DNA of 64,000 bases from Eledone cirrhosa. Lineage: Eukaryota. The position numbers were made by a program, and so were the translations under genes. The notes beneath the pieces were generated by a model. It made no database searches, was not told where the DNA came from, and was given only the letters and a program-made list of their open reading frames with translations. Below, in pieces: positions 53,501 to 64,000 of the stretch. The DNA is taken from the NCBI GenBank assembly GCA_964016885.1, contig OZ024741.1:256866001-256930000 (forward strand). Direction: 5' to 3'. Positions within the stretch are counted from its first letter, which is position 1; every line of letters starts with the position of its first letter.

Positions 53501-56370
53501 CTTAAGAGTGATTCGACTTACGGGCGCTTCGACTTACGAGTGTTCCGACTTACGAGTGTTTCTGCTTACGAGTGTTTCGACTTACGAATGTTTCGACTTA
53601 CGAGTGTTTCGGCTTACGAGTGTTTCGACTTACTAATGTTTTTACTTACGAGTGTTTCGGCGTACGAGTGTTTCGACTTACGAGTGTTTCGGCTTACGAG
53701 TGTTTCGACTTACGAGTGTTTTTACTTAAGGGTGTTTCGACTTACGAGTATTTTTGGCTTACGAGTGTTTCGACTTACGAGTGTTTTGACTTACGAGTGT
53801 TCTGATTTACGAATGTTTCGACATACGAGTGTTTTGACTTACGATGTTTCGACTTACGAGTGTTTCGACTTACGAGTGTTCTGACTTACGAGTGTTCTGA
53901 CTTACGAGTGTTCCGGCTTACGAGTTTTTCGACTTACGAGTGTTTCGACTTACGAGTGTTTCGACTTACGAGTGTTTCGGCTTACGAGTGGTTTGACTTA
54001 CGAGTGTTCTGACTACGAGTGTTCTGACTTACGAGTGTTTCGGCTTATGAGTGTTTCGACTTACGAGTGTTTCGGTTTATGAGTGTTTCGACTTACGAGT
54101 GTTTCGGCTTACGAGTGTTTCGACTTACGAATGTTTCGACTTACGAGTGTTTCGACTTACGAGTGTTTCGTCTACGAGTGTTTCGACTTACGAGTGTTTC
54201 GGCTTACGAGTGTTTCGACATACGGGTGTTTCGACTTACGGTGTTTCGGCTTTCGAGTGTTTCGACTTACGAGTGTTTTGACTTACGAGTGTTCTGACTT
54301 ACGAGTGTTCCGACTTACGAGTGTTCCGACTTACGAGTGTTTCGGATTACGAGTGTTTCGGCTTACGAGTGTTTCGGCTTACGAGTGTTTTGACTTACGA
54401 GTGTTCTGACTACGAGTGTTCTGACTTACGGGTGTTCTGACTTACGGTGTTCCGACTTACGAGTGTTTCGGCTAATGAGTGTTTCGACTTACGGGCGTTT
54501 CGACTTACGGGTGTTTCGAATTACGAGTGTTTTGACTTACGAGTGTTCTGACTTACGAGTGTTTTGACTTACGAGTGTTCCGACTTACGAGTGTTTCGGC
54601 TTACGGGTGTTTCGACGTACGAGTATTTTTGGCTTACGAGTGTTTCGAGTTACGAGTGTTTTGAATTACGATTGTTTCGGCTTACGAGTGTTTCGACTTA
54701 CGAGTATTTCGACTTACGAGTTTTTTTACTTACGGTGTTTCGGCTTACGAGTGTTTCGACTTACGAGTGTTTCGACTTACGGGTGTTTTGACATACGAGT
54801 GTTTCGATATGAGTGCTCTGACTTACGAGTGTTCTGACTTATGAGTGTTCTGACTTACGAGTGTTCTGACTTACGGGTGTTCTGACTTACGTGTGTTCCG
54901 ACTTACGTGTTTCAGCTATGGGTGTTTCGACTTACGAGTGTTTCGACTTACGAATGTTTTGGCTTACGAGTGTTTCGGCTTACGAATGTTTCGACTTACG
55001 AATGTTTTGGCTTACGAGTGTTTCGGCTTATGGGTGTTTCGACTTACGAGTGTTTCGACTTGCGAGTGTTTTGACTTACGGTGTTTCGGCTTACAAGTTA
55101 TTCGACATACGAGTGTTTCGACTTACGAGTGTTTCGACTTACGGGTGTTTCGACTTACGAGTGTTTCGACTTACGAGTGTTCTGACTTACGAGTGTTCTG
55201 ACTTACGAGTGTTCTGACTTACGAGTGTTCCGACTTACGAGTGTTCCGACTTACGAGTGTTTTGACTTACGAGTGTTCTGACTTACGAGTGTTCTTACTT
55301 ACGAGTGTTCCGACTTACGAGTGTTCCGACTTACGAGTGTTTCGGCTTACGAGTGTTTCGGCTTACTAATGTTTTTACTTACGAGTGTTTCGGTGTACGA
55401 GTGTTTCGACTTAAGGATGTTTCGACTTACGAGTGTTTCGACTTACGAGTGTTTCGACTTACGAGTGTTTTGGCTTACGAATGTTTTTACTTACGGGTGT
55501 TTCGACTTACGGGTGTTTCGGCTTACGAGTGTTTCGACTTACGAGTGTTTTGACTTACGAGTGTTCTGACTTACGAGTGTTCCGACTTACGAGTGTTCCG
55601 ACTTACGAGTGTTTCGGCTTACGAGTGTTTCGGCTTACGAGTGTTTCGGCTTACGAGTGTTTTGACTTACGAGTGTTCTGACTACGAGTGTTCTGACTTA
55701 CGGGTGTTCTGACTTACGAGTGTTCCGACTTACGAGTGTTTCGGCTAATGAGTGTTTCGACTTACGGGCGTTTCGACTTACGGGTGTTTCGACTTACGAG
55801 TGTTTTGACTTATGAGTGTTCAGACTTACGAGTGTTCTGACTTACGAGTGTTCCGACTTACGACTGTTTCGACTTACGAGTGTTTTGACTTATGAGTGTT
55901 CCGACTTACGATTGTTTCGGCTTACGGGTGTTTCGACGTACGAGTATTTTTGGCTTACGAGTGTTTCGACTTACGAGTGTTTTGAATTACGATTGTTTCG
56001 GCTTACGAGTGTTTCGACTTACGAGTATTTCGACGTACGAGTTTTTTTTCCTTACGCTGTTTCGGCTTACGAGTGTTTCGACTTATGAGTGTTTCGACTT
56101 ACGAGTGTTCTGACTTACGAGTGTTCTGACTTGCGAGTGTTCCGACTTACGAGTGTTTCGGCTTACGAGTGTTTCGACATACGAGTGTTTTGACTTACGG
56201 ATGTTTCGACTTACGGGTGTTTCGACTTACGAGTGTTTCGACTTACGAGTGTTCTGACTACGAGTGTTCTGACTTACGGGTGTTTCGACTTACGAGTGTT
56301 CCGACCTACGAGGGTTTCAGCTTACGGGTGTTCCGGCTTATGAGTATTTTCGGCTTACGTGTGTTTCGAC
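38020..56370 (+). repeat. Large tandem duplication, period 8790 bp (about 2.1 copies)
   Basis: Constant offset 8790 across dozens of ORF pairs (38236/47026/55816, 39423/48213, 40998/49788, 43187/51977, 46643/55433) and linkers 38973/47763 and 40967/49757. Confidence 0.96.
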
Positions 56371-59300
56371 TTATGAGTGTTTCGACTTACGAGTGTTTCG
56401 GCTTACGAGTGGTTTGACTTACGAGTGTTCTGACTACGAGTGTTTTGACTTACGAGTGTTTCGGCTTATGAGTGTTTCGACTTACGAGTGTTTCGGCTTA
56501 TGAGTGTTTCGACTTACGTGTGTTTCGGTTTACGAGTGTTTCGACTTACGAGTGTTTCGACTTACGGGTGTTTCGACTTACGAGTGTTTCGACTACGAGT
56601 GTTTCGACTTACGAGTGTTTCGGCTTACGAGTGTTTCGACATACGGGTGTTTCGACTTACGATGTTTCGGCTTACGAGTGTTTCGACTTACGAGTATTCT
56701 GACTTACGGGTGTTTCGACTTATGGGTGTTTCGACTTAAGAGTGTTTCGACTTGCGAGCGCTTCGACTTACGAGTGTTCTGACTTACGAGTGTTCCGACT
56801 TACGAGTGTTTCGGCTTACGAGTGTTTCGACTTACGAGTGTTCCGGCTTACGCGTGTTTCGACTTACGAGTGTTTCGGCTTACGAGTGTTTCGGCTTACG
56901 AGTGTTTCGACTTACGGGTGTTTCGACTTACGGGTGTTCCGACTTAAGAGTGATTCGACTTACGGGCGCTTCGACTTACGAGTGTTCCGACTTACGAGTG
57001 TTTCTGCTTACGAGTGTTTCGACTTACGAATGTTTCGACTTACGAGTGTTTCGGCTTACGAGTGTTTCGACTTACTAATGTTTTTACTTACGAGTGTTTC
57101 GGCGTACGAGTGTTTCGACTTACGAGTGTTTCGGCTTACGAGTGTTTCGACTTACGAGTGTTTTTACTTAAGGGTGTTTCGACTTACGAGTATTTTTGGC
57201 TTACGAGTGTTTCGACTTACGAGTGTTTTGACTTACGAGTGTTCTGATTTACGAATGTTTCGACATACGAGTGTTTTGACTTACGATGTTTCGACTTACG
57301 AGTGTTTCGACTTACGAGTGTTCTGACTTACGAGTGTTCTGACTTACGAGTGTTCCGGCTTACGAGTTTTTCGACTTACGAGTGTTTCGACTTACGAGTG
57401 TTTCGACTTACGAGTGTTTCGGCTTACGAGTGGTTTGACTTACGAGTGTTCTGACTACGAGTGTTCTGACTTACGAGTGTTTCGGCTTATGAGTGTTTCG
57501 ACTTACGAGTGTTTCGGTTTATGAGTGTTTCGACTTACGAGTGTTTCGGCTTACGAGTGTTTCGACTTACGAATGTTTCGACTTACGGGTGTTTCGACTT
57601 ACGAGTGTTTCGTCTACGAGTGTTTCGACTTACGAGTGTTTCGGCTTACGAGTGTTTCGACATACGGGTGTTTCGACTTACGGTGTTTCGGCTTTCGAGT
57701 GTTTCGACTTACGAGTGTTTTGACTTACGAGTGTTCTGACTTACGAGTGTTCCGACTTACGAGTGTTCCGACTTACGAGTGTTTCGGCTTACGAGTGTTT
57801 CGGCTTACGAGTGTTTCGGCTTACGAGTGTTTTGACTTACGAGTGTTCTGACTACGAGTGTTCTGACTTACGGGTGTTCTGACTTACGGTGTTCCGACTT
57901 ACGAGTGTTTCGGCTAATGAGTGTTTCGACTTACGGGCGTTTCGACTTACGGGTGTTTCGAATTACGAGTGTTTTGACTTACGAGTGTTCTGACTTACGA
58001 GTGTTTTGACTTACGAGTGTTCCGACTTACGAGTGTTTCGGCTTACGGGTGTTTCGACGTACGAGTATTTTTGGCTTACGAGTGTTTCGAGTTACGAGTG
58101 TTTTGAATTACGATTGTTTCGGCTTACGAGTGTTTCGACTTACGAGTATTTCGACTTACGAGTTTTTTTACTTACGGTGTTTCGGCTTACGAGTGTTTCG
58201 ACTTACGAGTGTTTCGACTTACGGGTGTTTTGACATACGAGTGTTTCGATATGAGTGCTCTGACTTACGAGTGTTCTGACTTATGAGTGTTCTGACTTAC
58301 GAGTGTTCTGACTTACGGGTGTTCTGACTTACGTGTGTTCCGACTTACGTGTTTCAGCTATGGGTGTTTCGACTTACGAGTGTTTCGACTTACGAATGTT
58401 TTGGCTTACGAGTGTTTCGGCTTACGAATGTTTCGACTTACGAATGTTTTGGCTTACGAGTGTTTCGGCTTATGGGTGTTTCGACTTACGAGTGTTTCGA
58501 CTTGCGAGTGTTTTGACTTACGGTGTTTCGGCTTACAAGTTATTCGACATACGAGTGTTTCGACTTACGAGTGTTTCGACTTACGGGTGTTTCGACTTAC
58601 GAGTGTTTCGACTTACGAGTGTTCTGACTTACGAGTGTTCTGACTTACGAGTGTTCTGACTTACGAGTGTTCCGACTTACGAGTGTTCCGACTTACGAGT
58701 GTTTTGACTTACGAGTGTTCTGACTTACGAGTGTTCTTACTTACGAGTGTTCCGACTTACGAGTGTTCCGACTTACGAGTGTTTCGGCTTACGAGTGTTT
58801 CGGCTTACTAATGTTTTTACTTACGAGTGTTTCGGTGTACGAGTGTTTCGACTTAAGGATGTTTCGACTTACGAGTGTTTCGACTTACGAGTGTTTCGAC
58901 TTACGAGTGTTTTGGCTTACGAATGTTTTTACTTACGGGTGTTTCGACTTACGGGTGTTTCGGCTTACGAGTGTTTCGACTTACGAGTGTTTTGACTTAC
59001 GAGTGTTCTGACTTACGAGTGTTCCGACTTACGAGTGTTCCGACTTACGAGTGTTTCGGCTTACGAGTGTTTCGGCTTACGAGTGTTTCGGCTTACGAGT
59101 GTTTTGACTTACGAGTGTTCTGACTACGAGTGTTCTGACTTACGGGTGTTCTGACTTACGAGTGTTCTGACTACGAGTGTTCTGACTTACGGGTGTTCTG
59201 ACTTACGAGTGTTTCGGCTAATGAGTGTTTCGACTTACGGGCGTTTCGACTTACGGGTGTTTCGACTTACGAGTGTTTTGACTTATGAGTGTTCAGACTT

Positions 59301-62300
59301 ACGAGTGTTCTGACTTACGAGTGTTCCGACTTACGACTGTTTCGACTTACGAGTGTTTTGACTTACGATTGTTTCGGCTTACGGGTGTTTCGACGTACGA
59401 GTATTTTTGGCTTACGAGTGTTTCGACTTACGAGTGTTTTGAATTACGATTGTTTCGGCTTACGAGTGTTTCGACTTACGAGTATTTCGACGTACGAGTT
59501 TTTTTTCCTTACGCTGTTTCGGCTTACGAGTGTTTCGACTTATGAGTGTTTCGACTTACGAGTGTTCTGACTTACGAGTGTTCTGACTTGCGAGTGTTCC
59601 GACTTACGAGTGTTTCGGCTTACGAGTGTTTCGACATACGAGTGTTTTGACTTACGGATGTTTCGACTTACGGGTGTTTCGACTTACGAGTGTTTCGACT
59701 TACGAGTGTTCTGACTACGAGTGTTCTGACTTACGGGTGTTTCGACTTACGAGTGTTCCGACCTACGAGGGTTTCAGCTTACGGGTGTTCCGGCTTATGA
59801 GTATTTTCGGCTTACGTGTGTTTCGACTTACGAGTGTTTTGACTTACGATTGTTTCGGCTTACGAGTGTTTCGACTTACGAGTGTTTCTACTTACGAGTG
59901 TTTTGACTTACGATTGTTTCGGCTTACGAGTGTTTCGACTTACGAGTGTTCTGACTTACGAGTGTTCTGACTTACGAGTGTTCTGACTTACGAGTGTTTC
60001 GACTTACGAAAATAACAAATAGACGCGGTTTCAAATCTGTATGCTTTTCAAGTTCATTACATTAATCTTTATTTATACGTTTCGCTTTACGAATGTTTCG
60101 ACTTACGAGTGTTTCGACTTACGAGTGTTTCGACTTACGGGTGTTTCGACTTACGAGTGTTTCGACATACGAGTGTTCTGACTACGAGTGTTCTGACTTA
60201 CGGGTGCTCTGACTTACGAGTGTTTCGACTTACGAGTGTTTCGACTTACGAGTGTTTCGACTTACGAGTGTTTCGGCTTACGAGTGTTTCGACTTACTAA
60301 TGTTTTTACTTAAGAGTGTTTCGGTGTACGAGTGTTTCGACTTAAGGATGTTTCGACTTACGAGTGTTTCGACTTACGAGTGTTTCGACTTACGGGTGTT
60401 TTGACATACGAGTGTTTCGATATGAGTGCTCTGACTTACGAGTGTTCTGACTTATGAGTGTTCTGACTTACGAGTGTTCTGACTTACGGGTGTTCTGACT
60501 TACGTGTGTTCCGACTTACGTGTTTCAGCTATGGGTGTTTCGACTTACGAGTGTTTCGACTTACGAATGTTTTGGCTTACGAGTGTTTCGGCTTACGAAT
60601 GTTTCGACTTACGAATGTTTTGGCTTACGAGTGTTTCGGCTTATGGGTGTTTCGACTTACGAGTGTTTCGACTTGCGAGTGTTTTGACTTACGGTGTTTC
60701 GGCTTACAAGTTATTCGACATACGAGTGTTTCGACTTACGAGTGTTTCGACTTACGGGTGTTTCGACTTACGAGTGTTTCGACTTACGAGTGTTCTGACT
60801 TACGAGTGTTCTGACTTACGAGTGTTCTGACTTACGAGTGTTCCGACTTACGAGTGTTCCGACTTACGAGTGTTTTGACTTACGAGTGTTCTGACTTACG
60901 AGTGTTCTTACTTACGAGTGTTCCGACTTACGAGTGTTCCGACTTACGAGTGTTTCGGCTTACGAGTGTTTCGGCTTACTAATGTTTTTACTTACGAGTG
61001 TTTCGGTGTACGAGTGTTTCGACTTAAGGATGTTTCGACTTACGAGTGTTTCGACTTACGAGTGTTTCGACTTACGAGTGTTTTGGCTTACGAATGTTTT
61101 TACTTACGGGTGTTTCGACTTACGGGTGTTTCGGCTTACGAGTGTTTCGACTTACGAGTGTTTTGACTTACGAGTGTTCTGACTTACGAGTGTTCCGACT
61201 TACGAGTGTTCCGACTTACGAGTGTTTCGGCTTACGAGTGTTTCGGCTTACGAGTGTTTCGGCTTACGAGTGTTTTGACTTACGAGTGTTCTGACTACGA
61301 GTGTTCTGACTTACGGGTGTTCTGACTTACGAGTGTTCCGACTTACGAGTGTTTCGGCTAATGAGTGTTTCGACTTACGGGCGTTTCGACTTACGGGTGT
61401 TTCGACTTACGAGTGTTTTGACTTATGAGTGTTCAGACTTACGAGTGTTCTGACTTACGAGTGTTCCGACTTACGACTGTTTCGACTTACGAGTGTTTTG
61501 ACTTATGAGTGTTCCGACTTACGATTGTTTCGGCTTACGGGTGTTTCGACGTACGAGTATTTTTGGCTTACGAGTGTTTCGACTTACGAGTGTTTTGAAT
61601 TACGATTGTTTCGGCTTACGAGTGTTTCGACTTACGAGTATTTCGACGTACGAGTTTTTTTTCCTTACGCTGTTTCGGCTTACGAGTGTTTCGACTTATG
61701 AGTGTTTCGACTTACGAGTGTTCCGACTTACGAGTGTTCTGACTTGCGAGTGTTCCGACTTACGAGTGTTTCGGCTTACGAGTGTTTCGACATACGAGTG
61801 TTTTGACTTACGGATGTTTCGACTTACGGGTGTTTCGACTTACGAGTGTTTCGACTTACGAGTGTTCTGACTACGAGTGTTCTGACTTACGGGTGTTTCG
61901 ACTTACGAGTGTTCCGACCTACGAGGGTTTCAGCTTACGGGTGTTCCGGCTTATGAGTATTTTCGGCTTACGTGTGTTTCGACTTATGAGTGTTTCGACT
62001 TACGAGTGTTTCGGCTTACGAGTGGTTTGACTTACGAGTGTTCTGACTACGAGTGTTTTGACTTACGAGTGTTTCGGCTTATGAGTGTTTCGACTTACGA
62101 GTGTTTCGGCTTATGAGTGTTTCGACTTACGTGTGTTTCGGTTTACGAGTGTTTCGACTTACGAGTGTTTCGACTTACGGGTGTTTCGACTTACGAGTGT
62201 TTCGACTACGAGTGTTTCGACTTACGAGTGTTTCGGCTTACGAGTGTTTCGACATACGGGTGTTTCGACTTACGATGTTTCGGCTTACGAGTGTTTCGAC

Positions 62301-64000
62301 TTACGAGTATTCTGACTTACGGGTGTTTCGACTTATGGGTGTTTCGACTTAAGAGTGTTTCGACTTGCGAGCGCTTCGACTTACGAGTGTTCTGACTTAC
62401 GAGTGTTCCGACTTACGAGTGTTTCGGCTTACGAGTGTTTCGACTTACGAGTGTTCCGGCTTACGCGTGTTTCGACTTACGAGTGTTTCGGCTTACGAGT
62501 GTTTCGGCTTACGAGTGTTTCGACTTACGGGTGTTTCGACTTACGGGTGTTCCGACTTAAGAGTGATTCGACTTACGGGCGCTTCGACTTACGAGTGTTC
62601 CGACTTACGAGTGTTTCTGCTTACGAGTGTTTCGACTTACGAATGTTTCGACTTACGAGTGTTTCGGCTTACGAGTGTTTCGACTTACTAATGTTTTTAC
62701 TTACGAGTGTTTCGGCGTACGAGTGTTTCGACTTACGAGTGTTTCGGCTTACGAGTGTTTCGACTTACGAGTGTTTTTACTTAAGGGTGTTTCGACTTAC
62801 GAGTATTTTTGGCTTACGAGTGTTTCGACTTACGAGTGTTTTGACTTACGAGTGTTCTGATTTACGAATGTTTCGACATACGAGTGTTTTGACTTACGAT
62901 GTTTCGACTTACGAGTGTTTCGACTTACGAGTGTTCTGACTTACGAGTGTTCTGACTTACGAGTGTTCCGGCTTACGAGTTTTTCGACTTACGAGTGTTT
63001 CGACTTACGAGTGTTTCGACTTACGAGTGTTTCGGCTTACGAGTGGTTTGACTTACGAGTGTTCTGACTACGAGTGTTCTGACTTACGAGTGTTTCGGCT
63101 TATGAGTGTTTCGACTTACGAGTGTTTCGGTTTATGAGTGTTTCGACTTACGAGTGTTTCGGCTTACGAGTGTTTCGACTTACGAATGTTTCGACTTACG
63201 AGTGTTTCGACTTACGAGTGTTTCGTCTACGAGTGTTTCGACTTACGAGTGTTTCGGCTTACGAGTGTTTCGACATACGGGTGTTTCGACTTACGGTGTT
63301 TCGGCTTTCGAGTGTTTCGACTTACGAGTGTTTTGACTTACGAGTGTTCTGACTTACGAGTGTTCCGACTTACGAGTGTTCCGACTTACGAGTGTTTCGG
63401 ATTACGAGTGTTTCGGCTTACGAGTGTTTCGGCTTACGAGTGTTTTGACTTACGAGTGTTCTGACTACGAGTGTTCTGACTTACGGGTGTTCTGACTTAC
63501 GGTGTTCCGACTTACGAGTGTTTCGGCTAATGAGTGTTTCGACTTACGGGCGTTTCGACTTACGGGTGTTTCGAATTACGAGTGTTTTGACTTACGAGTG
63601 TTCTGACTTACGAGTGTTTTGACTTACGAGTGTTCCGACTTACGAGTGTTTCGGCTTACGGGTGTTTCGACGTACGAGTATTTTTGGCTTACGAGTGTTT
63701 CGAGTTACGAGTGTTTTGAATTACGATTGTTTCGGCTTACGAGTGTTTCGACTTACGAGTATTTCGACTTACGAGTTTTTTTACTTACGGTGTTTCGGCT
63801 TACGAGTGTTTCGACTTACGAGTGTTTCGACTTACGGGTGTTTTGACATACGAGTGTTTCGATATGAGTGCTCTGACTTACGAGTGTTCTGACTTATGAG
63901 TGTTCTGACTTACGAGTGTTCTGACTTACGGGTGTTCTGACTTACGTGTGTTCCGACTTACGTGTTTCAGCTATGGGTGTTTCGACTTACGAGTGTTTCG
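53430..64000 (+). repeat. Derived partial duplications of the 8790-bp unit (offsets 3442 and 5613 bp)
   Basis: Offset 3442: 53572/57014, 54051/57493, 54891/58333. Offset 5613: 54891/60504, 55816/61429, 56472/62085, 57493/63106, 58049/63662. Confidence 0.9.

Larger units (their letters stand above)
19607..64000 (+). repeat. 16-bp tandem satellite array, right of the island, same orientation
   Basis: The same monomer resumes at CTGGTGTTTTGAC (19607) and continues to the right edge. No inverted monomer (GAAACACTCGTAAGTC) was seen. Confidence 0.99.

Noticed and set aside
57-63892. Hundreds of + strand ORFs encoding LRVFRLTSVSTYECFD repeats
   Set aside because: They are direct translations of the 16-bp monomer in all three frames. 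Most start at GTG/TTG, they are broken by frequent frameshifting monomers and TGA variants, and they show no domain or codon-level constraint.
1-64000. CRISPR array
   Set aside because: Repeats are contiguous with no unique spacers, the 69-bp inserts are near-identical to one another, and there are no cas genes or leader.
1-64000. Telomeric repeat tract (TTACGAG/TTACGGG; GGTGTACG and AAGGATGT variants recall long yeast telomere repeats)
   Set aside because: Kb-scale higher-order duplications, many fixed variants and internal linkers indicate recombinational amplification, not telomerase synthesis. The yeast-like words occur only in rare variant monomers.
1-64000. Canonical CENP-B box
   Set aside because: The A-to-CGGG spacing is 2 nt too short, so it is not called as a feature and is kept only as a hypothesis of related ancestry.

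Overview
This window is eukaryotic-type satellite DNA and contains no credible gene. About 95% is a head-to-tail array, all in one orientation, of a 16-bp monomer (consensus GACTTACGAGTGTTTC; roughly 3,800 copies by length). I counted 32 copies of a conserved 69-bp AT-rich linker, always inserted at the same monomer position. Diagnostic monomer variants build nested higher-order duplications (periods about 304, 1250, 1743, 2425, 2698, 3442, 5613 and 8790 bp) and define two array domains meeting near 33.2 kb. The only non-satellite island (18872-19606) holds a 29-31-bp triplet repeat, a 16-bp hairpin, and two diverged copies of a non-autonomous Helitron-like 5' segment; the hairpin and the first copy form an apparent tail-to-head junction. 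All supplied + strand ORFs are translations of the stop-free monomer. The leading hypothesis, which is inference and untested, is that the monomer is an amplified pogo/Tigger-type transposase binding site with CENP-B-box-like geometry, making this a candidate transposon-derived centromeric or pericentromeric array. Coordinates were read by eye, and duplication block edges are approximate.
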